A DNA stretch of 64,000 bases from Candidatus Bathyarchaeota archaeon (GTDB lineage Archaea; Thermoproteota; Bathyarchaeia; Bathyarchaeales; Bathycorpusculaceae), in assembly GCA_963739305.1 (NCBI GenBank), contig CAVTZU010000028.1, forward strand, positions 32,001 through 96,000, in the 5' to 3' direction. Positions 10,039-19,594 of this stretch are shown here, in pieces; position 1 is the first letter of the stretch, and every line of letters starts with the position of its first letter. The notes below the pieces were generated by a model. It did not search any database, was not told the DNA's origin, and saw only the letters and a program-made list of their open reading frames with translations. Position numbers and translations under genes: made by a program.

Positions 10039-10600
10039 TTGGTGAAAGCAGATCCTAAAGACATTTTCCAAAAATTCATGAAGGATTCCGAGATCAAGGG
10101 TTCTTGACCAAACGCACGATACCAGGAATGACAAAGATCCTGAAGAGATATTTCTTTGAAATGGGAAAAAGCATGGGCTTCGAACCCTTGACAACAATGA
10201 GCGGAAAGGAGAAGAGCTTCGAGTACCTGTTAGATCTCTGTTGGAATGTCATAGATCAGAAGGAAATATGGCTTGAAATGGTATTGGAAAGCGAATTGAG
10301 TGAGCGAAAAGTTGAGAGTACTTTATACGACTTCGAGAAGCTAACTGACGTGAAAGCCTTCCTCAAAATCGGAATTTTCCACCCACAAATCAAGCGAGTT
10401 GAAGAAATAGCGTTAAGATGCGCCGAATTGATAAGGCGACACAGGATCAAGATCACGGGAACAATACTTGGTGATTTTCTTGACCGAGAGACAGAGAAAC
10501 AGAAGATGGTACCTGAAAGCCTCTGGTTTGCTGTTTGACAACATGGGCAAAGCCAAGATGAAAATGCAAGAGAAAGAATTCGACTGGTGAAGGCGCGCAC
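10039..10600 (+). pseudogene. Frameshifted PD-(D/E)XK-like protein
   Basis: YLLDLCW..LESELS..DFEKL in ORF 10104..10538; the N-terminus (VKADPKDIFQKF) is in another frame; a GCGCGC tract follows at 10593. Confidence 0.5.
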
Positions 10601-10675
10601 GAGATGATGGGCTTTAAACCTTTCGCAAAATCGATATTGTTAAGTTATTTGTGGCGCGCGCAAAAATTAGAAAAG

Positions 10676-11197
10676 CTAGTCTACCACAAATGACTTAAGA
10701 GTATCCGCAACATCCGTGAGCGTTCGATTGCATTGTGCGATCAGTTTTCCTAAGCACTTTGCATACTTTTTATCTTCGATCAGACCTTCCCATGCCCTTA
10801 TGTCTTCATCTTTTGGTTTTTCGTTGTTCATCTCTGTAATTTGAGCTTGTAATCGACTGCATTCTTGCTTCCAACCCGTTTCCTTAGATTCGAGTTCTTT
10901 AACGAGTTGAAGTGCGATCTCCGCTTGTTTTCGTTTTATTCTGTAGTATGGCAGAGTCTTCTCGAGAAAAGCCCTCTGTATCCCCATTATCTTCAGAATC
11001 CAGTAGTACATTGTGTTTCGTTTTGACGGCTCCTTGAAGGTCTTCTTATACACTGTACCACCGTATCTCGAAAGGGCCTTCACAAAGTCAGCATCAGTCT
11101 GTCCAAGCACGATCGCTATTGCGTATTTGCCTGACTTCAAGATCGAACCATCGCCGTCGAAAATGCCTGCGACGTACGCTGCTTGATCACTTCTCAT
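10676..11197 (-). CDS. Stand-alone single-motif LAGLIDADG endonuclease-like protein
   Basis: AAYVAGIFDGDGSI; LPYYRIKRKQAEI. Confidence 0.85.
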   Translation of the reverse strand: MRSDQAAYVAGIFDGDGSILKSGKYAIAIVLGQTDADFVKALSRYGGTVYKKTFKEPSKRNTMYYWILKIMGIQRAFLEKTLPYYRIKRKQAEIALQLVKELESKETGWKQECSRLQAQITEMNNEKPKDEDIRAWEGLIEDKKYAKCLGKLIAQCNRTLTDVADTLKSFVVD

Positions 11198-11399
11198 ATC
11201 TTCGAAATGTTTGCTTGCTTGAAATCTCTGTCTGTAGAGACTCTCTTCCCGTTTGCATCGCCTCCTGCGTAGTTATTGGCACCTCACCGACTTGATGACT
11301 AACCAATTCCCAACTCGCCGAATCTGGATTAAGGATAGCAATATCGATTTTCTAGAAGTATAATAAAGCGGTTGCGGGGGCGCGCTGGAATAGGAGATA

Positions 11400-12310
11400 C
11401 TACGATTGCAGATTTCTCTCGTATGCTTGCTTTATTAATTCAACAGCATATGTCACCTGATCGCTTGAACGGACCTTAAACCTAATGTCTCCCGTCGCCC
11501 AATGGCCTACGTTGCTACAATCTTCTGCGATGTGAGCTGGGTCGCGTAAATCGTTAATTGGGACATCGAGGTACACCTTGACGGCTGAAGATTGTATTAC
11601 GAATTCCGTGAAGTTACGCTTCATTTCGTATGCAATGTAATGTTTCTTCACTTTTTCCCGTATATCGGGGTTCATGTCATAAAATCGATGTTCAATTTTC
11701 TCAAATATGCCCTTGATGACGTTGTTCTTCTTGCCGAGGCGGTCATCAGAGTATACACTTTGATTTCCTTTCTTATTCGCGCGGTAGGGTTACTTGTCCG
11801 AAAACCAGAAACCTGCCCAAACTGTGGCTTCAGTCGTCTAAGAAATCACAGGGCCTTCGAAAAAATATACTTCCACTATTTAAATGGCATGTTCGGGTTC
11901 GAAGCGCCTAACTGATAGGCGTTAAATGATTTCGCAATAAAGATTATTTTAGACTGGAACCAATCAACGTCCATTCTCACATTAATTCTTCGCTCAAGGG
12001 CAAGCTGGAAATCCCCCTTATGGCTCAAAAGCAAGTTGAGATACGAATAGCCCTGATCTATTAGGCTGTAGTCCTCGGATTCTTTGTATTCGATTATGAC
12101 CAGCGATTTGCTTTCTGGGTCGAATGCAACAGTGTCTATGCGAAAGGGCGGAACATTTCTATATTCGGTTTCAACAAACCTCAGTCCAAAAATCTCCTCA
12201 AGGTTATTTTCAACGAGCGTTTGAAGTTCTTTCTCGTTCCTGATTTTGGAAGTGCTAATTAACTTGACCTTTCCGTTTATCACCTTGAATAATGTCACGA
12301 ATCTCACCAC
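11400..12310 (-). pseudogene. Decayed NucS-like PD-(D/E)XK endonuclease with C-terminal DUF5655-like domain
   Basis: EKELQTLVENNLE..RIDTVAFD..IIEYK..IDQG; C-terminal YIAY..NF..GHWATGD; in-frame TAG at 11876 plus further stops/frameshift between the halves. Confidence 0.8.
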
Positions 12311-12445
12311 AGTTTACAAGTTTATTGTTTCACTTTCTTGTCAATTTAAATCTTAGTGAACAGTGCGCGCTTAGAATGTGCTAAAACGATGGTTATTCTA
12401 CGTATCGGAGAGAAATTGCGCGCGCGACTTGCTGCCACTCCGCAT

Positions 12446-14848
12446 TTAATGACAAACCACATCTATCTGTTGTCTGCAGCCAGCGTTCGGACATCTCAGT
12501 CTTTTCATGTCTTGGTAATATTTGAGAAATGCGCCACAATCAGGACAACTAAAATCCAGATGCAATTCATGAATGGCAATGCAAAATCTCCTTACTTCTT
12601 CTATCGAAACGTTTTCCGCTTCCAGATTATCATGAGACAGAAGATTTCCCATTATTGTTGTGGCCTCCAGTTCTTGGAAGCATTCAGAGGTTTTTTGCTT
12701 GAATGCGCTATCAACTAGAAGTGTTTCCAATCTTGCTTTTGCTGGTGTAAACAAGTCAGCGACAGTGTATCCGCTCGTCTTGAAGATTGGGCGAGCCATT
12801 ATGTCCTCACAAATGTTCTTCAGAAGCCACTCTAGATAACGCCTCCCTTCGTTTGCTGCTCCTGATCTGTCACTTGAACCGATTTTACTCTCTATGTATT
12901 CCCAACGAGGCTTGAAAGGCTCGACTATCGGACCTGTTTCAAGAGTCCATTTAGTTATTTCCATATTCTTGCATTCCCCAGTTATCCCAAAAGCACGTTG
13001 GTTTGCACATAGTTGGTCGTACCATATTGCGTCATGCGTCGTTATGAAGAGCTGATAGTTTCTAAATTGCTCAAACAAGAGTTTGCAGATTAGTCCCCTA
13101 TGCTGTGAATCAATTGTTGTCACGACATCGTCGAGCACTATGAAGTTACAGTCTTTATTGAATTTCTTTGCGAACGCGAGAAAAACACACAGACCCAATG
13201 AATCGAGATGCCCTTCACTTGTAAAGGCTCTCGGGTCCTCTTTGGATCCGAACGATTCAATTTTCAGATCAGTGCTTGCCCTTCGAGCCATTTCAACGTT
13301 AATCTCAACGTTCTTGTGTGGTTCGTTTGGATGAAGCGTTGAATAAAACGTGTTAACGTTTCCCCTGATTGAATCATACACTTCATTCATCTTCATCTTT
13401 TTAGTCTCACAAAAAGCCTCATACACTTTTTTCGCGTCAATGCTTTGTTTCTCTTCTGTGACAAGAGCATCATCAATCTCTCTTAGTTCTTTGACCAGAA
13501 CGCTGACTTTGTTCGCGAGGTCAATCACGTTCATCTTCTCTTTCCAATCCCTTGTGACTCCGATTTCTTTGAACAGCTTTTTGCATTTCGTGCGCGAGAG
13601 TCTTATCAGCCTCTCGACTGTCTTCATATATTCTGCGAATTGATCGACTGACATCTCTTTCTCTAGTTTGAGCTCCTTGGCTAACTTGAGTTTCTCTTTG
13701 AGTTTCGTCAATCTTTCCCGTGCTTTTTCAAGACCTGTGCGTGTCCTGTTCAGCTGTTCAAGTGGCTTGATCTTTTCGCAAACGCTCTCTATGTTTTCCA
13801 AGAGCGAGCCAAGTTTGTCTTCCAGGTCAGAAACACTTTGTCTGACTTCGGTTGCCTCTTTCGAGAGCCCGCTTAATGTCTGAAGACGACTCTTAATCTG
13901 TTCAATCAGTTTTTGTCTATCGACATCCTGTCCGCAGAAAGGGCAGATGCCTCTTTCATCCTTTTCAACAACCTGTTGCCCTTTCACAAGGAAATCCCTC
14001 AGAAACATTTCCTTCTTGGATTTCTCTTCTAGTAATGGCTTCATTTTGGCGTTAAGCTCACTTAGGCAATCGGTAATTTCATCGTCAATAGAAAAATGTT
14101 CGAGTTCTTCTATGGCCTCGTTGAGTTTCAATACCTGCTCTATGCCAGCAGATTCCTTGAAAGTTTTAAGAAATTCGTCGCTAATCTTGCCAGTATCATC
14201 AAACGATGTCAGAGGTGTGAATTTGACCTTGTTGAGCTTTGTATTCAAAGAATCCAAAGCATGTTTCGCGTCCGCAATATCTTCACTTAGATATCCCGAA
14301 ATGTTTGTCAGAACAGTTTCTCTTCTTTCTTTCCTCATTACAAAGTTGCTGTTCAGCTCTTCAGATGCTCTTTTCATGGCAAGTTCAAAATTGTCCAACC
14401 GCTCTACTCCAATAATGCTTGCAATTGCTCGGAATCTTTCTGCGGGAATGCTCGCGATGAACTTGAGAATTTGCGACCTTCGCAGAACAAACGTCCCTCT
14501 TTGACCTTCCTCAAAGTACTTCAGCATTTGTCCTGATGGTTCAGGTTTGGCTTCAAAAGTGCGCTCTAGCGTTACATTTCCTGGATAGAATGCAACCTTG
14601 ATGCTAACATCTTCCTTATTGAAGTTCTTGTGTGGACCATGTTTCGAAAGAGACAGACTCTGGGTTCCCTCACCTTCAAACATAGACAATTTGCCAGTAA
14701 AAAAGAACTCGAATGCCTCAACTATTGAGCTCTTGCCAGTAGCATTCTCTCCCTTGAGAAAGAAGTTCTTACCATCAAGAATCAATTCAAGATCTGAAAT
14801 ACCTCTAAACGCATGTATGCTGACGGATTTAATGCTGGGCATTTTCAT
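12446..14848 (-). CDS. Rad50/RloC-like ABC ATPase with zinc hook, HEPN-like C-terminus and zinc ribbon
   Basis: Walker A GENATGKS, CPFCG hook within a coiled coil, signature TSEGH, Walker B IVLDD, TTHD; C-terminal RYLEWLL..GNLLSH, CPDC..CPNAGC. Confidence 0.85.
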   Translation of the reverse strand: MKMPSIKSVSIHAFRGISDLELILDGKNFFLKGENATGKSSIVEAFEFFFTGKLSMFEGEGTQSLSLSKHGPHKNFNKEDVSIKVAFYPGNVTLERTFEAKPEPSGQMLKYFEEGQRGTFVLRRSQILKFIASIPAERFRAIASIIGVERLDNFELAMKRASEELNSNFVMRKERRETVLTNISGYLSEDIADAKHALDSLNTKLNKVKFTPLTSFDDTGKISDEFLKTFKESAGIEQVLKLNEAIEELEHFSIDDEITDCLSELNAKMKPLLEEKSKKEMFLRDFLVKGQQVVEKDERGICPFCGQDVDRQKLIEQIKSRLQTLSGLSKEATEVRQSVSDLEDKLGSLLENIESVCEKIKPLEQLNRTRTGLEKARERLTKLKEKLKLAKELKLEKEMSVDQFAEYMKTVERLIRLSRTKCKKLFKEIGVTRDWKEKMNVIDLANKVSVLVKELREIDDALVTEEKQSIDAKKVYEAFCETKKMKMNEVYDSIRGNVNTFYSTLHPNEPHKNVEINVEMARRASTDLKIESFGSKEDPRAFTSEGHLDSLGLCVFLAFAKKFNKDCNFIVLDDVVTTIDSQHRGLICKLLFEQFRNYQLFITTHDAIWYDQLCANQRAFGITGECKNMEITKWTLETGPIVEPFKPRWEYIESKIGSSDRSGAANEGRRYLEWLLKNICEDIMARPIFKTSGYTVADLFTPAKARLETLLVDSAFKQKTSECFQELEATTIMGNLLSHDNLEAENVSIEEVRRFCIAIHELHLDFSCPDCGAFLKYYQDMKRLRCPNAGCRQQIDVVCH

Positions 14849-14999
14849 TCCTTCCCTTAAAGACTTCCAGAAGTTTCTCTTTTGAGTCGAGCTCGTTGTT
14901 TTCCCAGAGCCTTTTCAGCCCAGCTAAAACGTTGGCGGAGACTCTTTCCGCTTCAATCTTCCTGAGGAATTGCTCCAAGACCTCTTGTTCAATGCCCAA
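14829..14999 (-). CDS. 56-aa helical protein overlapping the ATPase start (not in the ORF track)
   Basis: MGIEQEVLEQFLRKIEAERVSANVLAGLKRLWENNELDSKEKLLEVFKGRNENAQH; TTG start after GGTGTGA. Confidence 0.7.
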   Translation of the reverse strand: MGIEQEVLEQFLRKIEAERVSANVLAGLKRLWENNELDSKEKLLEVFKGRNENAQH

Positions 15000-15688
15000 A
15001 TCATCACACCATTATCGTGTTTTCGGTTGCGACAGACAGAGTTCAACTATTTCTTTTATCTTCTATTAGGATTTTTGGTTTAACGTGCTTCTCGGAGATA
15101 TCGCAAAGCGCAGTGCGTGCGCCTAAACCCCTAAAAATGAGCGCAAACCCTACGATCTATTTTTCTTAACAGAACAGCGCGCCGCAATCTTCAATTACCA
15201 TGCTTTTCACATTTGTTCGCACTTGATGTTACAATAGTGGACAAACGATCATTTCGGCGCCGATATACCGCGCGTGATACAAACGTTCAGTTTTCATTCA
15301 ATAACACTTATCTATCTGTGTACGACGGCACCTCTTTAAGGGGGGTATGGAGGTGAAAACGGACGAAATCCAAGTACAGGAAACTTTTGCCAAGTGAAGT
15401 TTACGTCGGTGTATCTGGCAGAACTGGACTTCCATATGGTAGAGTCAAATGGTCCAGGAAAAGACGATAGACTGCTTCATCGCTTTTGCCCAAACGGAGT
15501 GTTTCGCGCACTGAAGGCAACACGCGCTGGTGGATGCAAGCGCTACAAGTTTTCTGCAGATGAGTGCACAGAAATCTTAAATTTCCAAGGCAACAGAAGA
15601 CAAACGAGAGGTCCAGGTTGAGTAAAAGGAGAATGATTTGTGGAGATTTAGCCATTGTAGGAATAGTAGCAATGGGACAAGCGGTAAT

Positions 15689-16651
15689 ATGGAAAGCAAG
15701 ACAATCGCAGCTAGCCTCTTTTCTCTATTCTTAGTTCTCAGCCTGGTTTGCTCTTGTTCGGCTCAGAACGAAACTAACACAGCCCACGTATCGGACAAAG
15801 CAGTTTCATTTGTTCTTTCAAACTTCAATTCGACAATAGGCTTATGTTCTGAAGTCCCACACGGGACGCCAAACAGCCAGAATTTCAATGGCGACGTTTT
15901 CTGGATAACAAGCGATAACCTTCTAGCATATGCACTTCTGCAACAGTATAACGCATCAGTGGCCAACACCATACTGCAAACCATGAAAGCCTATGCAGCA
16001 GCTCATACCGACTTGCCAACAGATAGTCGGGGAATTCCCGTAAGCTATAAGCATGAACCCATCATAAACGATTCTTTTCCAGATGACTTTCAACCAAGAG
16101 GATACGTCTATTGCGACCTAACTTTAACTGACTCGTATGAAGTCAAAATTGAAGTGAATAACGGTTCGATCTGGCCAGACTGGCAAAACTATTCTGACGA
16201 ACTGGCATGGATGGGTTTGAGCTGTCTTAACAAAGGGGGCGCGCTCTATTATTCTCAGGCGCAGACACTCTATTATCAGATGATGAGTATGTGGGATGGC
16301 AAAGGATTCAATGACACACAATATCGCCATCTTGGATATTACGAAACATTCAAGCTAGGTCTAGCCATTTACCTAAGAAAAGACTTGGGCCTAAATCAAA
16401 CACAAGCAGAACAGGAGATGGATTCAATTATCCAACTATGCAAGAAAGAAAACGGTGGAATCTGCGTCAACTACAACGACAATTTAGACACTTGGGGAAA
16501 TCCAAATACAGAAACCACCGCATTAATTGGATTAGCTTACACCGAAGTGACTAACCCAATTCCAGAGTTTCCATCATTCCTAATTCTGCCACTATTCATG
16601 ATAGCAACGCTTCTAGCAATCACAGTCTGCAAGAGAAGACGTGTGACCTGA
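15689..16651 (+). CDS. Secreted alpha/alpha-barrel-like protein with PEF-CTERM-like signal
   Basis: Signal peptide; SDNLLA, WDGKGF, YETFKLGL, NTETTAL; C-terminal IPEFP-TM-KRRR. Confidence 0.75.
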   Translation: MESKTIAASLFSLFLVLSLVCSCSAQNETNTAHVSDKAVSFVLSNFNSTIGLCSEVPHGTPNSQNFNGDVFWITSDNLLAYALLQQYNASVANTILQTMKAYAAAHTDLPTDSRGIPVSYKHEPIINDSFPDDFQPRGYVYCDLTLTDSYEVKIEVNNGSIWPDWQNYSDELAWMGLSCLNKGGALYYSQAQTLYYQMMSMWDGKGFNDTQYRHLGYYETFKLGLAIYLRKDLGLNQTQAEQEMDSIIQLCKKENGGICVNYNDNLDTWGNPNTETTALIGLAYTEVTNPIPEFPSFLILPLFMIATLLAITVCKRRRVT

Positions 16652-17024
16652 GCGAGCCCGATTTGAAAGCAAGCGTCGATATAGAAGGCTGCTCCGCTAG
16701 AGAGATGCACATTCAGAAGACGCCAGAAAACGAAAAATGTTGAACTTTCCAGAGCCAAATAGCGCCGCAGTCCGAAACTCTCTCACCACGACGATACTTT
16801 TTGTGGTGCTTGATCGCGAGTCAACCGTTATGAAACTATTTGCTGAGGTTGAGAACGAACTAACCACTACTGAATCTCTTGTAACACTCGAAAATTGTTC
16901 AACTTTTTACGACCCAATAGCAGCGCAGTTCTGCCTAGGTTCCGAGCTTCCGTACTCTTTACGACCAAGTCACGTAGAACAAACGATTTTTGATTTGATT
17001 TGGCTTTGCTTAACTACCTCCTCC

Positions 17025-17213
17025 GAGAAGCCACGGCTTCTCTCGGAAGTCAAACGACGTTCGTCTTCTACATGATTCCTACCGAGTGGTATGTGGGGAG
17101 TAGCCCTTTCAGAGCTGCCCAGGCTAGGCAGACGACGATGGAAAAGCGAGTTCTCGATCTGAAAAAATGAGGCATCTTCGCTATTACCTCTTACCGAGAA
17201 GTTCGAACTTCTC
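17025..17213. repeat. Pair of 18-bp palindromes GAGAAGCCACGGCTTCTC (17025-17042) and GAGAAGTTCGAACTTCTC (17196-17213)
   Basis: Both are flanked by CC..TCGGA; the second lies 40 bp beyond the integrase stop. Confidence 0.85.
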
Positions 17214-17253
17214 TCGGAGCTAAATTGGGATCGAGGTGCAAAAAAAGAGATTC

Positions 17254-18378
17254 TTAAGCCTCGTTTGAGAGCAAGAGTTTTCCAGAGGGCAACGTGGCTA
17301 CGTAGCGAAAGCCTTCTTCTAATTTCTGCCCAAGTTCTGACTCTTTGACGATGACTTGGCATTTTCCGCTTCCAGGCGGGCACTGTTCTGGGTTCTTCTT
17401 GACTTTCTGCCTGAGCATTTGTAATTCTTGCATCCGTTTGAGAACGTCTTCGGGCAAGCGTTTTTTCAACTCTTCGATCTCTTTGGCTCTCTTGTCGAGA
17501 TCGATGTTCCGTGTAAAGCACGTTAGTTCTTGGACTTTCGCGTAGTCGGTCCTTAGAGAGTCCACCGAGACGTATGCGCTCTCGCTCGTGACTTTGCCGA
17601 CGATAAGCTTGAATTTCTCTGTGCTCATAACCGATGCGAGACGGTCGATTAGGAATTTCCTTAGTGCGTGAAACCTTATCCGCTTATCACCTGTCGCTAG
17701 TCCAGCTTTCTTTACCAAACGCTTGACGACGCGTGAAAGCATGATTTCTGAGCTATAATCTAGCATTTGGTCTGACTGCGAAGTTTTCGCTTCGCGCGCG
17801 AGTTTTTCGAGCATCTGCTTAACGATTGGAACCGCGTCGTAATCGAGAAATGGATATGCTTTGACGGATTCTTTTCCCGTGTTCAGGGGGCCTATTCCGA
17901 TCGGTGCTTCGCGCGAGAGGTACGGCTCGAAGTCGCCTCGACGCAGCTTTAAGAAATCTGACGGACGCAGGCCGAGACTCTTGCCGACTCTGATGATATA
18001 CTTCTCTGGCAAGTCGCCTACGTCGTCTAGTTTCCGTAAGTCTTCTGTCGAAAACCTGTAATCTTCTTGCGCGTTGTGCGTTTCTCCGAGCCGTTTTGTC
18101 TCAGTTCGCCTAAATTGCAGTTGAGTTCTGTGGTAGCTAAAGAAACTCCGAGCAGCCGTTATTATGACTCTCGCTGAGTTCGGTGTTAAGCCGCTGTCCA
18201 GTAAGGCCTGTTTGCAAGCCATGACTTTTCGTTCCCAAGCGTACTTTACTTGGTCGTCGGTCGAGCTAACTGACTGCTTGCGATCTGCTAAGATTTCGTC
18301 GCCTGTCATCTTGACGAATCTTAAGAAATGGATAAACGCTTCTGAGTAAGTTCGACTCGTAGACTTTTTCTGAGCCAC
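17254..18378 (-). mobile_element. Tyrosine recombinase/integrase
   Basis: GLRPSD (R), TGKE (K), FHALRK (HxxR), LIVGK, ESAY (Y); N-terminal SAM-like core-binding domain; the frame stays open upstream to about 18438. Confidence 0.92.
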
Positions 18379-18494
18379 TAGCCATTCGTTCGTCGCGTTA
18401 TCGTTTGGGTATGATATTCTTTCTTTGTTTCTCGTCTTCTAACTTCCTTAAGAAGACTAAAGGCACTGCCTCTCGTATAGATTTCCGACAAATT

Positions 18495-18522
18495 AGGTTA
18501 GAAATTTTAAGATTTCTAACAT
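18495..18522. promoter_or_regulatory. 11-6-11 inverted repeat (dif/operator-like) upstream of the integrase
   Basis: AGGTTAGAAAT TTTAAG ATTTCTAACAT; 10/11 arm symmetry. Confidence 0.6.
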
Positions 18523-18670
18523 ACAAAGTCGGTTTGCTTTGTAGCTGCGCCGTAAGAAAAGTTGACTCGCGCGCGCGAATGAGTAGGATTTTGAGTTTAT
18601 GTTTTCATATTTTTTCCTGTCCTGCATTTTAAAATATGCGCACAAACATCTATTCTAGTGGGAAACTACC

Positions 18671-19573
18671 ATGCCCATAAACGAACTTGACCTCCTTCTA
18701 ACTTACAAATGCAACCTAGAATGCGATCACTGCTTTGTCTTCGGCAGCCCAAATGCAAGAGGGGTAATGAAAATTGCTGGCATACGAGAAATACTGAAGG
18801 AAGCAAAAAAGATCAGGAGCATTGACTGGATATACATTGAAGGTGGCGAACCTGTTCTTTACTATCCAATTCTCTTGTGGGCGTTGCGTGAAGCAAAGAA
18901 GCAGGGGTTCAAGACTGGCTTTATTACGAATGCTTATTGGGCAACGTCGATTGAAGACGCAAAAGAATGGCTGAAACCTATTTCAGAAATAGGCATATCG
19001 GACGTGATAATAAGCGATGATCTCTTCCATTACGGCAAGGAAGAAGAAAGCCTTTCCAAATATGCTTTTCAAGCAGCTAAAGAGTTAGCGGTGCCTGCTA
19101 GTAACATCAGTATAGAGCAACCCAAAGAATATATGGCTGGGAAAGAATGGAAAGGGAAGCCTGTCACAGAAGGGGCTGTGCTATTCAAAGGAAGACCTGC
19201 TGAAAAACTCGTCGAAGGCTTGCCGAGGAGACCGTGGCAAGAATTTGACAAGTGCTTAGACGAGGATTTCTCCAACCAGAAGCGGGTGCACATCGACCCG
19301 TTTGGTTATGTTCACCTGTGTCAAGGCATAACCATGGGAAACATGAAGAAGACCCCGCTTCACCGATTGTTTGAACAGTTCGACCCACACAAGCACCCTA
19401 TATGTGAACCAATTCTAAATGGAGGCCCAGCTGAACTTGTCAGAACATACCATGTTGATCACGAAGAAGGCTACGTGGACGAATGCCACCTATGCTATTC
19501 AACCCGGCTGAAACTGCGAAAGATATTTCCACAGATTCTTGCACCAGACCAGATGTACGGAGTCTTCACTTAG
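18671..19573 (+). CDS. Radical SAM protein
   Basis: CNLECDHC motif, EGGEP, TNAYWA, C-terminal Cys cluster. Confidence 0.93.
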   Translation: MPINELDLLLTYKCNLECDHCFVFGSPNARGVMKIAGIREILKEAKKIRSIDWIYIEGGEPVLYYPILLWALREAKKQGFKTGFITNAYWATSIEDAKEWLKPISEIGISDVIISDDLFHYGKEEESLSKYAFQAAKELAVPASNISIEQPKEYMAGKEWKGKPVTEGAVLFKGRPAEKLVEGLPRRPWQEFDKCLDEDFSNQKRVHIDPFGYVHLCQGITMGNMKKTPLHRLFEQFDPHKHPICEPILNGGPAELVRTYHVDHEEGYVDECHLCYSTRLKLRKIFPQILAPDQMYGVFT

Positions 19574-19594
19574 AGCACGCGCAGAAAAAAGGAA

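Noticed and set aside
11798-11812. Third copy of the 5378/5849 repeat (CGAAAACCAGAAAC)
   Set aside because: Short partial match inside a pseudogene; likely chance.
11876-11878. In-frame TAG as possible pyrrolysine readthrough
   Set aside because: Further stops and a frameshift follow within about 30 bp, so this is decay.
16737-17521. ORFs 16737..17075 and 16970..17521 as genes
   Set aside because: No recognisable motifs; they overlap the integrase or the palindrome-bearing non-coding region.
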